Source: Candidatus Zambryskibacteria bacterium RIFCSPLOWO2_02_FULL_51_21
GTDB taxonomy: Bacteria; Patescibacteriota; Minisyncoccia; Phycocordibacterales; Zambryskibacteraceae
Length of the DNA: 55,297 nucleotides
Direction of reading: 5' to 3'
Assembly: GCA_001824255.1 (NCBI GenBank)
Contig: MHWQ01000002.1
Coordinates: forward strand, 1 to 55,297
Below the pieces are notes generated by a model, which was given only the letters and a program-made list of their open reading frames with translations, was not told the DNA's origin and did no database searches. The number at the start of each line of letters is the position of its first letter. Within the stretch, counting starts at the first letter, position 1. A program made the translations under genes and the position numbers. Below are positions 42,601 to 49,657 of this stretch, in pieces.

Positions 42601-44657
42601 TCGGGGGCAGTGCCGGAACTGCGGGCACAGTAACCACAGCTGCCCAACCAGCCATCACTTCTGTCGGGACATTAACCTCAATAACAACCTCCGGGCCAAT
42701 ATACCGCAGTGCGGCGGGCGCCGGTTATTTGAATGGCCAATACGCTACTGTCGAAGGCGCTGGGAATACGTCAGGCGCGATTTATTCTATCGGCGGTTCT
42801 TATGTCCCTGGGGCAGGAAATTTGGGAAATATGTATGGCATCGGATTTGGGTACAGTGGCGGAACCGCAGGTATCACCGCCACAAACGCCCCGATAAATA
42901 ATTGGGGCTTGTATGTGGCTTCGGGCGGAACACCTACGATTTTTATGTCGTCCGACACAGGGAATATCTATATAAATGGGAGTTATAACGGCGCTGGCAC
43001 CGGTCTTACCGGGACAGCGGCAAGTTTAACAGTTGGGAACGCAACTAATGTGACCACCACTATTGGTGGATTGAGAATCGCTCATTATAACCGAGGCGAT
43101 CCTTATGGGGTCGACGGAGCCAACCCCACATATGATACCGGTGCCATGGGTAGAAGTACTCAAGGCCCGAATGAAGTCTTTACCAACGGCCGTTCAGGAT
43201 TTATAGATACTTGGGGGGGCACAGGTTATCCCGGCAGCCCAGCTACTACTCACGTCCAAGGATTCCAAACAATGCACTATTCTGGTGGCTACGGCATACA
43301 AATAGCTGGTCAGTATGACCAGGACAAGGTCTATGTCAGGCAGGCCACGGCCGGTACATTGCGAGATTGGCGGCTCTTGCTTGATAGCGGGAACTATGGC
43401 GGTTATTCTGCTTTCTCTGGCGCAGTTACCGGCGGCACCTACAACGGCCAGACCATATCTTCCACGGCGAACTTTACTGGTACGTTAAACTCTGCCGGCG
43501 CCATGTCAGCTTATTCTTATTCTGGTAACTCGAACGTTGCCGGCACTGGCAATGCCAGTTACCATCCAAGCGGTATATATAGCACTGGCACCAACTGGCT
43601 ATACGGTACGATGTATCTCAATAACAATGTTATTTCAGATGCCGGAACATACAACGGACAGACGATTTCATCGGCAGCGAATTTCACGGGAACTATGGCA
43701 GTTGCAAGTACTGTCACTGGTGGCACCTACAACGGCCAGACGATTTCATCCGCGGCGAACCTTACAGGAACCTTGGCTGTTGGGAGCCAGACGAATATTA
43801 CTGGTAATCAATTTTATTGTTCATCTGGTGGTACGTGTTATTTCAATAGTAGTGGCACTGGTGTCACATCTATTGGTAATGGCACTTCAGGTAAGACGGT
43901 TTATATCAATAATGCGCTTCAGCCTAGTACGGATAACGCCTTTAACGTCGGAGACTCCACGCACCGTTATGGCTGCTATTACTACGTCGCTAATACCATC
44001 GGAACCTGTGTTTCTGACGAAAGACTAAAATCAGATATCAGGTCGCTCACATACGACGATGCTTTGTATAAGATATCCAAACTTCAGCCTAGAGCATTCT
44101 CATATAAAGATGATCCCAACCACAATACCAATCACGGTCTCATTGCTCAGGAAGTGTTGGGTGTGGCGCCGGAGCTGGTCGTGACGGGAGACGACGGGTA
44201 TTACAAGCTTAGCTATGGCGATATCCAGTGGCTGGCAATAGAGGCGATGCAGGAACTCTACGCGCAACTGATGGATATTAAAGCGACAGTTCTCGCCTTC
44301 GCCGACAGGTTCGTTTCGCGAGAAATTGTTGCCACCGAGAAGCTCTGCATCGGCGCGACCTGCATGAACGAACTGCAACTCAAAAGCTTGATAGAGAAGT
44401 CTGGTGTTGTGACGTACGCGGAGACGATGGATACGACTGATACGGCGACAAGTACCGATACAACTACGGCAAGCATAGTAGATACTACAGCTAGCTCGAC
44501 GCCAAGTACGACTGACACTGCGACCTCGACACCGCCAGTGATAACAGAGCCAGCAGCCACTTCTACCGAGCCGGTAATTGCTGATACAACAGCTACTTCA
44601 ACCGAGCCGACGGCTGATACGGCGACGAGTACCGAACCGGTAGCGACGACTCAATAG
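39693..44657 (+). CDS. Giant (1654 aa) HTH-TM-tail-fibre-like surface protein with a C-terminal Peptidase_S74-type autocleaving chaperone module and a Thr/Ser/Pro/Glu tail
   Basis: HTH-like segment at aa 31-78 (nt 39783-39926). TM helix at aa 167-191 (nt 40191-40265), preceded by KIRRHFR. Fibre motifs GNVGIGTTTPNNKLDIY and GNVGIGTTVPGKKLEV. CVSDERLKSDIRSL...HGLIAQEVLGVAPELV...IQWLAIEAMQEL at nt ~44013-44295. The start is uncertain: the ATG at 39693 overlaps a TGTATAAT -10-like element, and the in-frame alternatives are GTG 39711 and ATG 39792. Confidence 0.8.
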   Translation: MYNKYNVKDEPIQDIGIPKTKEEKPNEAPKWLSMSEAALLTPYSAEYLSLLARKKKIASKKIGNAWYTTKQVLDDYMQRQMVRSQLTNGNPHEISATVQSELEPRHTYGQDIRRYRLEQELAGGGIEHVERALEKVLDKKIRETSAMELPEENKIRRHFRIVTSSKVLVAVTLAAILIFSILPVPVVFSFVSRSVEYAREALNDANTVLGFRPGTHANEILLLDKEGNISIMGHIETEGQFRSFAAQGIAPIVVDSTTTATNLSADLLDGHSAEEFTLAFVTKNGNMTTEDVILDGNAEVGKTLMVKGATKLLSTLEVGGKLKVFGNAEFRQAINVLGPAYFESLVTLASDAKVGGSMDIEENLTVRGNLNVKKNISARGSIESASAITGRSGSFGSLGVNGSLSAGGKIVLGNSGDVLTIDSKNVTLDSNGNAAFDGSVSAAGFGGTNLEVTSATSTNFYTESLTVLLSTFTSIVADDMTVGALTATNATTTNATTTNATSTNLYSSSLDADNADLTELLFIHATGTAATTTNLFSTTGTFDDLYVNDYQQNDGTFLINSSVATGDIFAVNDSAITSGTLIHQTLTANAGNGQVSYGQTIDLVDSTSAGGGYSAFSINLSGSGTGSGSKTLLSLSPGGSNQVVFDSAGAFRPTTDVSSNTNSVGSPSYYWKNGYFDTITANNLSGTVVSGATSNNTWTVGSTETGDAYKALIFQRNSGSGNALFQWDAGTNDLRFLSVNYPFNATYTVDDSSISTTANLYSGLLTNNTTAGTQKLLSLTNTGTGTTENGIYLNNTGTGTTAIEVAGTWTNGLIIPATAGNVGIGTTTPNNKLDIYSTTKSAIGFSGASGTTYKWTMGMDVTNGGRFSIASSTALGTTDRFVIDGNGNVGIGTTVPGKKLEVSVGTANEYPLRINSSSGYTIDIGALNATYAHFDTNTAAGFYFYDNVTTGGSFNGPGTGLTGTAASLNIGGSAGTAGTVTTAAQPAITSVGTLTSITTSGPIYRSAAGAGYLNGQYATVEGAGNTSGAIYSIGGSYVPGAGNLGNMYGIGFGYSGGTAGITATNAPINNWGLYVASGGTPTIFMSSDTGNIYINGSYNGAGTGLTGTAASLTVGNATNVTTTIGGLRIAHYNRGDPYGVDGANPTYDTGAMGRSTQGPNEVFTNGRSGFIDTWGGTGYPGSPATTHVQGFQTMHYSGGYGIQIAGQYDQDKVYVRQATAGTLRDWRLLLDSGNYGGYSAFSGAVTGGTYNGQTISSTANFTGTLNSAGAMSAYSYSGNSNVAGTGNASYHPSGIYSTGTNWLYGTMYLNNNVISDAGTYNGQTISSAANFTGTMAVASTVTGGTYNGQTISSAANLTGTLAVGSQTNITGNQFYCSSGGTCYFNSSGTGVTSIGNGTSGKTVYINNALQPSTDNAFNVGDSTHRYGCYYYVANTIGTCVSDERLKSDIRSLTYDDALYKISKLQPRAFSYKDDPNHNTNHGLIAQEVLGVAPELVVTGDDGYYKLSYGDIQWLAIEAMQELYAQLMDIKATVLAFADRFVSREIVATEKLCIGATCMNELQLKSLIEKSGVVTYAETMDTTDTATSTDTTTASIVDTTASSTPSTTDTATSTPPVITEPAATSTEPVIADTTATSTEPTADTATSTEPVATTQ
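41153..41195 (+). repeat. 15-nt in-frame tandem repeat (AACTAACGCCACCAC, 2.9 copies) encoding TNATT repeats
   Basis: Read directly; inside the giant gene. Confidence 0.8.
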
Positions 44658-44689
44658 GACTTATAGGACCTATAAGACTTATATGACTT
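44654..44689 (+). repeat. 9-nt tandem repeat, 4 units: ATAGGACTT ATAGGACCT ATAAGACTT ATATGACTT
   Basis: It spans the giant-gene stop codon (TAG 44655-44657) and the ATG (44683) of the four-helix-bundle gene. Confidence 0.85.
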
Positions 44690-45255
44690 ACAAAAAAGAA
44701 GAGAATCTAATCCAACCCCATGGTGGTTACCGGAAACTCCTATCTTTTCAGATGGCAAGCATCGTATATGACTTGACCGTGGAATTCTGCAAAATCTATA
44801 TGACCTATAAGACCAATATGTCTAATAGGACTGTTGACCAGATGATTCAGGCGGCGCGCTCCGGCAGACAAAACATAGCCGAAGGTTCGCAAGCGTCCGG
44901 CACTTCCCAGAAGACTGAACTCAAACTTATAAATGTCGCGCGCTCCAGTCTCGAAGAACTGCTACTGGATTACGAAGATTTCTTGAGACAGCGCAAACTG
45001 AAGCAGTGGAGTAAGGACAATTTACAAGCTCGTGAAGTGCGCGAACTTGCCTATAAGACTAATAGGTCCTATATGACCTATGAGACCTATATGTCAAATC
45101 CGGAAATGGCGGCGAATATGCTCATTTGTCTGATTCACCAAGCGAATTATCTGCTCGACCGGCAAATCGCTGTGCTTGAGAAAAATTTTATCGAGAAAGG
45201 AGGATTTACCGAGAGGATGTACAAGATTAGAAAACAAAACCGCTCCGGTTTTTGA
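44683..45255 (+). CDS. Four-helix-bundle protein (the family formerly called 23S rRNA intervening-sequence protein; Avd-like), carrying repeat-derived loop insertions
   Basis: YRKLLSFQMASIVYDLTVEFCK ... QMIQAARSGRQNIAEGSQ ... ARSSLEELLLDYEDFL is the family pattern. Two in-frame insertions, YMTYKTNMSNRT and YKTNRSYMTYETYMS, derive from the 9-nt repeats. Confidence 0.8.
   Translation: MTYKKEENLIQPHGGYRKLLSFQMASIVYDLTVEFCKIYMTYKTNMSNRTVDQMIQAARSGRQNIAEGSQASGTSQKTELKLINVARSSLEELLLDYEDFLRQRKLKQWSKDNLQAREVRELAYKTNRSYMTYETYMSNPEMAANMLICLIHQANYLLDRQIAVLEKNFIEKGGFTERMYKIRKQNRSGF
44798..44833 (+). repeat. 9-nt tandem repeat, 4 units (ATATGACCT ATAAGACCA ATATGTCTA ATAGGACTG), in frame within the four-helix-bundle gene
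   Basis: Read directly. It has the same phase relative to the ORF as the other two clusters. A solitary unit, ATATGACTT, sits at 44766-44774. Confidence 0.85.
45053..45097 (+). repeat. 9-nt tandem repeat, 5 units (ATAAGACTA ATAGGTCCT ATATGACCT ATGAGACCT ATATGTCAA), in frame within the four-helix-bundle gene
   Basis: Read directly; encodes YKT NRS YMT YET YMS. Confidence 0.85.
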
Positions 45256-45267
45256 CCGGAACGGTTT
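45237..45267. terminator. Hairpin at the convergent junction of the four-helix-bundle gene and rnpB
   Basis: AAACCGCTCCGG (45237-45248), loop TTTTTGA, CCGGAACGGTTT (45256-45267), with one mismatch. It overlaps the stop codon. It may act for either or both strands. Confidence 0.5.
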
Positions 45268-45592
45268 CGGGTGTCTATAAGCCGAATTCTGTCAGTTTGT
45301 AGTTTGTGCTACGCACTGGATAGTTATTTATCTGGGACCAATATCGCTATTGGCCTCTAGCGGCACTCTCCACTTCGCATAAAGCTACGCGGAGCACGGC
45401 CTTGCATTCGGGTAAGAATTTTGCCGTTTCACTTCCGGCTTGCGCCGGAACTCGTCTCTGTTCGCATCTCTAGAATTGCTCCCGGCAGGCGTTACCTGCT
45501 ACCCTTGACCTCTCTGTGCATATGCGGCAGAGGGGTCTGAATGTTCGGACTTTCCTCCCCAGTTTTACCTAGGGCAACTACCCGACACCAAC
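45266..45592 (-). ncRNA. rnpB: RNase P RNA, bacterial type A (ends approximate, +/-10 nt)
   Basis: The minus strand reads GGGGAGGAAAGUCCGAAC (rc of 45543-45560) and ACAGAAUUCGGCUUAU (rc of 45277-45292). These are the two P4 strands, including the bulged U. It also reads GGUAACGCCUGCC, GUGAAACGGCA and CAGAUAAAUAACUAUCC (compare the E. coli CAGAUGAAUGACUGUCC). The candidate P1 helix is GGUGUC (45589-45584) with GACACC (45275-45270). No ORF covers this region. Confidence 0.9.
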
Positions 45593-45649
45593 TCAATTAT
45601 ATGCTAAAATAAGGGTATTAACAAGAGCCGATTATAAGCATTTTTTACC

Positions 45650-47956
45650 ATGCAACAGAGCCATAAATTAAGTTTCTACGTTATTCTCGCGACGGTATTT
45701 TTGCTTCCCTTATTCTTTATCCCCGGCGGAGCGCTTGCGATAGGCCTGGCCAAATCGGCGATACTTATTTTCGGCGTGGTGTTGGGCACACTCGTCTTCA
45801 CTTACGAACTCTGGGGCGAAGGCAGGTTTCTTATGCCGAAGCACGCGATTATGGCCGCGGTCGCGGCGCTGCCCTTGGTCTATCTCCTCTCCGCGCTTCT
45901 CGCCACGCCGTCATCGTTCTCTCTTTTCGGATACGGCTTTGAAGCGGGAACCTTCGGCTACATGCTTCTCGGTACCGTTCTGCTTGTTCTCATCTCTTCG
46001 GTCTTCGCCGATACTTCCCGCATTCTCCAGGCGTTCTCGGCATTTTTCATATCCTTCGCGATTCTCTCGGTTTTCGTGGCGATAAAGATTATTCTCGGCG
46101 GCGACGCGCTCTCCCTCGGCAACTTCTTCGGCAATACGGGCAATCCTCTCGGCAATTGGACCGACCTCTCCGTGGCTATGGGCCTGGTAGCTCTGCTCTC
46201 GGCTCTCACTATCGGCATGATTCCCATGAAGCCTCTGGCGCGCGGTGTTCTCTACATTGCTTTCTTTCTTTCCGCGGCGCTTTTAATAATCTTAAGTTTC
46301 TCGGCGAGCCTCGCTCTAGTCCTTGCATCCTCCTTCGCGCTTGTCTTCTATATGCTTAAAGCGGAGAAGCGCTATGGTTTGTGCGCCATCTCCGTCGTTC
46401 TGCCCGTTTTTCTCGGACTTATCTCTCTCGTCTTTCTCGTTAACCCCAACATATCAGGAGACAAGACTTTGTCGAGCGTTGTATCGGAAACTTTCGGCGT
46501 AAACAATACGGAGGTGAGGCCCTCGCTCTCCGCGACTCTCAGCATTTCGAAGGCGGTGCTCTCGCAGGTGGCGCTTCTCGGTTCCGGACCCAATACTTTC
46601 GGACGGGACTGGCTCATATACAAAGACGCTCAGGTCAACGCAACTCCGTTCTGGGGAGTAGCATTTCCAACCGGCGTCGGTTTCCTGCCGACGCAAATTG
46701 CCACCACCGGCATCCTCGGCAGCGCTCTCTGGCTTGCGTTCTTCGTGCTATTCATCACCCTGGGCGTCAAGACGCTAAGCCGCTTGCCCGAGTCCAGAGC
46801 CGAACGCTTCACCGCCGTATTCTCTCTCCTCGCCGCCGCGTTTCTCTGGGCGGCAAGCTTCGTCTACGCTCCCTCCGGCACAATGCTCGTCTTTGCCTTC
46901 GTCTTCACGGGACTATTTCTTGCCTCCATTCTCCACGCGGGGATTGTGCCCGGATATCTTCTCGACCTGAAGCGGTCGTCCTCGGCCCGTTTAGCGAGAA
47001 CCGTTGCAATCGCTCTGGTGGTTATCGGCGCTCTAGCTATCGGCTGGGTCGGATACGGCAAGACGGTTGCCGCGTACCACTTCAATAAAGCGGTGAAGCT
47101 CTCGAACGTGGACGGTACTCCGCTTGCGAAGATTGAAGAATCTCTGAACAAGGCGATTAAAGTTTCTCCGGAAGACATTTATTTCGTAGCGCTGTCGAGG
47201 CTGAACTTCAGCCGCGCCCAGATGGCGGCGAACTCCGCCACAGGCACTCCGGAAGAGAACAAAGCCGTCTTCGACGAATCTGTGAAGCGCAGCATCGAGG
47301 CCGCCCGTCTCGCGGTGAGTCAGAATCCGGGAGGCTTCGAGAATTGGGCGGCGCTCGGCGGTATTTATAGCGCTCTCGTGCCCAAGCCGATTATGCTTGA
47401 GGGGGCTTACGAAAGCGCTCTCTATGCTTACAACGAAGCGGCCAGAAGGAATCCTTCGAATCCCGAACTGCCGCTGCTCTTTGCCCGTCTGGAACTCAAT
47501 AAGGGCGACATAGACAAAGCCCGTTCATACATCAGAAATTCGATAGCCCTGAAGGAAGATTACGCGGACGCTTATATTATGCTCGCTCAGCTTGAAGAGA
47601 TGTCGGGCAACACCACTGCCGCCATCGCTTCTGCGGAAAAGCTCGCGATTCTTCTGCCGGACAACGCGGGTATCCACTTCGAACTGGGACTGCTCAAGTA
47701 TTCTTCCGGTAATTATGACGGCGCCGCGTCCTCCTTCAACAAGGCGCTCGCGCTCTCCAAGGATTACGCCAATGCCAAGTATTATCTGGGCTTGTCGCTT
47801 GCTCATCTCGGCCGCTTCGCCGAGGCGCAAAGCACACTCGAAGAACTCCTGCCAGGGAATTCCGACAATGTCGACCTTATCGCCGCGGTTGAAGCGGTGA
47901 AGAAAAACAAGATTCCTCCTGAGCCCAAACAGACCACCGCTTCTCAAAACCAGTAA
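45650..47956 (+). CDS. Polytopic membrane protein with C-terminal TPR repeats (Wzy_C/O-antigen-ligase-like paralogue of 29253..31310)
   Basis: About 460 aa of TM segments, then a TPR-like region (ARLELNKGDIDKARSYIRNSIALKEDYADAYIMLAQL..., LLKYSSGNYDGAASSFNKALALSKDYANAKYYLGLSL). The overall architecture matches 29253..31310. The ligase motif is less clear here. Confidence 0.6.
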   Translation: MQQSHKLSFYVILATVFLLPLFFIPGGALAIGLAKSAILIFGVVLGTLVFTYELWGEGRFLMPKHAIMAAVAALPLVYLLSALLATPSSFSLFGYGFEAGTFGYMLLGTVLLVLISSVFADTSRILQAFSAFFISFAILSVFVAIKIILGGDALSLGNFFGNTGNPLGNWTDLSVAMGLVALLSALTIGMIPMKPLARGVLYIAFFLSAALLIILSFSASLALVLASSFALVFYMLKAEKRYGLCAISVVLPVFLGLISLVFLVNPNISGDKTLSSVVSETFGVNNTEVRPSLSATLSISKAVLSQVALLGSGPNTFGRDWLIYKDAQVNATPFWGVAFPTGVGFLPTQIATTGILGSALWLAFFVLFITLGVKTLSRLPESRAERFTAVFSLLAAAFLWAASFVYAPSGTMLVFAFVFTGLFLASILHAGIVPGYLLDLKRSSSARLARTVAIALVVIGALAIGWVGYGKTVAAYHFNKAVKLSNVDGTPLAKIEESLNKAIKVSPEDIYFVALSRLNFSRAQMAANSATGTPEENKAVFDESVKRSIEAARLAVSQNPGGFENWAALGGIYSALVPKPIMLEGAYESALYAYNEAARRNPSNPELPLLFARLELNKGDIDKARSYIRNSIALKEDYADAYIMLAQLEEMSGNTTAAIASAEKLAILLPDNAGIHFELGLLKYSSGNYDGAASSFNKALALSKDYANAKYYLGLSLAHLGRFAEAQSTLEELLPGNSDNVDLIAAVEAVKKNKIPPEPKQTTASQNQ

Positions 47957-47959
47957 CCG

Positions 47960-49657
47960 ATGGTCAAGAAGTTTTTAGTTTTCTACCGGGGACTTCTGGA
48001 CAAAGAAGTCGCGCATATCAACCAGGCGGCGCTCTTGCTTGGCCTTTTCGCCTTTCTTTCTCTGGTGCTGGCTTTTCTGCGCGACAGGTTTCTGGCGCAT
48101 GTCTTCGGAGCGGGAACCGAACTTGACATCTATTACGCGGCTTTCCGCATACCGGATTTCATTTTCGTGACCGTGGCTTCGGTAGTTTCGCTCTCGGTGC
48201 TTGTGCCCTTCATCATCGAGAAAGAAGGGCAGAGCCGGAAGTCTCTGCGGGAATTCATCGACAGTATTTTCTCCTTCTTCTGCATCTTGATTGTCACCGT
48301 GTCCGTCGCGGCATACTTCCTTATGCCTACTGTGGCGGGCATCCTCTTTAAAGGAATGAAGCCGGAGGCGCTTGAGAAGCTCATCTCTCTATCGCGCCTC
48401 ATGCTTCTCTCGCCCATACTTCTCGGATTCTCGAATCTCTTCGGCTCGCTTACGCAGGCTTTCAACCGTTTCGCCATCTACGCGCTCGCGCCCCTTCTCT
48501 ACAACCTCGGCATTATTCTCGGTATTGTCTTCCTGGGAGGGGAGATGGGTTCGTACGGTGTCGCCATAGGCGTTGTCCTCGGAGCGCTTCTGCACGCTCT
48601 AATCCAGGTTCCGTTTCTGATAAAGTCCGGTCTCCTGCCTCGCTTCCGGCTGAACTTCGGCCGGCAGGCGCACTCGATGATTCTCAATGTTATGAAGATT
48701 TCCGTGCCGCGCACGCTCACTCTCGCCATGAGCGCCATCACCCTGCTTTTTCTCACATCCTTCGCTTCGCTTATGGGCGACGGGTCGATATCGGTCCTAA
48801 CCTTCGCCGTGAATCTCCAGTCGGTGCCGCTCTCTCTCATCGGCGTTTCTTATTCTCTGGCCGCTTTCCCGACCTTGTCGCGCCGCTTCCGCGAGAATGA
48901 CATGCAAGCGTTTGTGGAGCAGATGGCTACGACCACCCGCTTCATCATTTTCTGGTCCTTGCCTTTATCGGCGCTTCTTATAGTGTTCCGCGCTCAGGTG
49001 GTGCGCGTGGTCCTGGGTTCCGGCCTCTTCGACTGGAACGATACCAGGCTTACGGCCGCCGCCCTTGCTCTTTTTGTCGCTTCGTCGCTTTTCCAATGCC
49101 TTATGCTTCTCTTCATGCGTGGATTCTACTCGGCGGGGGAGACGAAGAAGCCATTCATCATCACTCTCTTCTCGACCTTGGCTCTCTTCGCCTCCGCCTA
49201 CGGACTGGTGAAGCTCTTCTATGCTTCGGAAATTTTCCAATATTTCGTGGGAGTGCTTCTCAAGGTCGAGGACTTGCCGAGCATCTCGGTTCTGATGCTT
49301 CCTCTGGCCTTCACTCTCGGTACCGGGCTCAACGCGCTTCTCTTGTGGCTTGCCTTCGAACGCGGGTTCCCGGGATTCTCGAAGAGGGTGGTGAGGACTT
49401 TGTTTGAAACATTTTCCGTGTCGGTAATCATAGGGTACGCGGCGTACGTCTTTCTCGGTCTTCTGGAGCCGCTCTTCAACAACGAGACGCTCATCGGCCT
49501 CTTCTTCCAGGGCCTCTCTGCCGGACTTCTCGCCATGGCGGCCGGAGTGTTCGTCTTCGTCGGTCTGAAGAACAGAGAAATCGCCGATATCTGGAGTGTT
49601 GTCCGCGGCAGATTCTGGAAGGCGAAAGTAATTGCAACGGACCCAGAAATTGTATGA
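47960..49657 (+). CDS. murJ: Lipid II flippase MurJ
   Basis: AALLLGLFAFLSLVLAFLRDRFLAHVFGAGTELDIYYAAFRIPDFIF is the MurJ/MviN N-terminus. About 14 TM helices; 565 aa. Confidence 0.85.
   Translation: MVKKFLVFYRGLLDKEVAHINQAALLLGLFAFLSLVLAFLRDRFLAHVFGAGTELDIYYAAFRIPDFIFVTVASVVSLSVLVPFIIEKEGQSRKSLREFIDSIFSFFCILIVTVSVAAYFLMPTVAGILFKGMKPEALEKLISLSRLMLLSPILLGFSNLFGSLTQAFNRFAIYALAPLLYNLGIILGIVFLGGEMGSYGVAIGVVLGALLHALIQVPFLIKSGLLPRFRLNFGRQAHSMILNVMKISVPRTLTLAMSAITLLFLTSFASLMGDGSISVLTFAVNLQSVPLSLIGVSYSLAAFPTLSRRFRENDMQAFVEQMATTTRFIIFWSLPLSALLIVFRAQVVRVVLGSGLFDWNDTRLTAAALALFVASSLFQCLMLLFMRGFYSAGETKKPFIITLFSTLALFASAYGLVKLFYASEIFQYFVGVLLKVEDLPSISVLMLPLAFTLGTGLNALLLWLAFERGFPGFSKRVVRTLFETFSVSVIIGYAAYVFLGLLEPLFNNETLIGLFFQGLSAGLLAMAAGVFVFVGLKNREIADIWSVVRGRFWKAKVIATDPEIV

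Noticed and set aside
44683-45255. A diversity-generating retroelement, suggested by the Avd-like four-helix-bundle gene
   Set aside because: No reverse-transcriptase ORF occurs in the window. I saw no template/variable repeat pair with adenine-specific differences. The repeats inside the giant gene differ at all base types.
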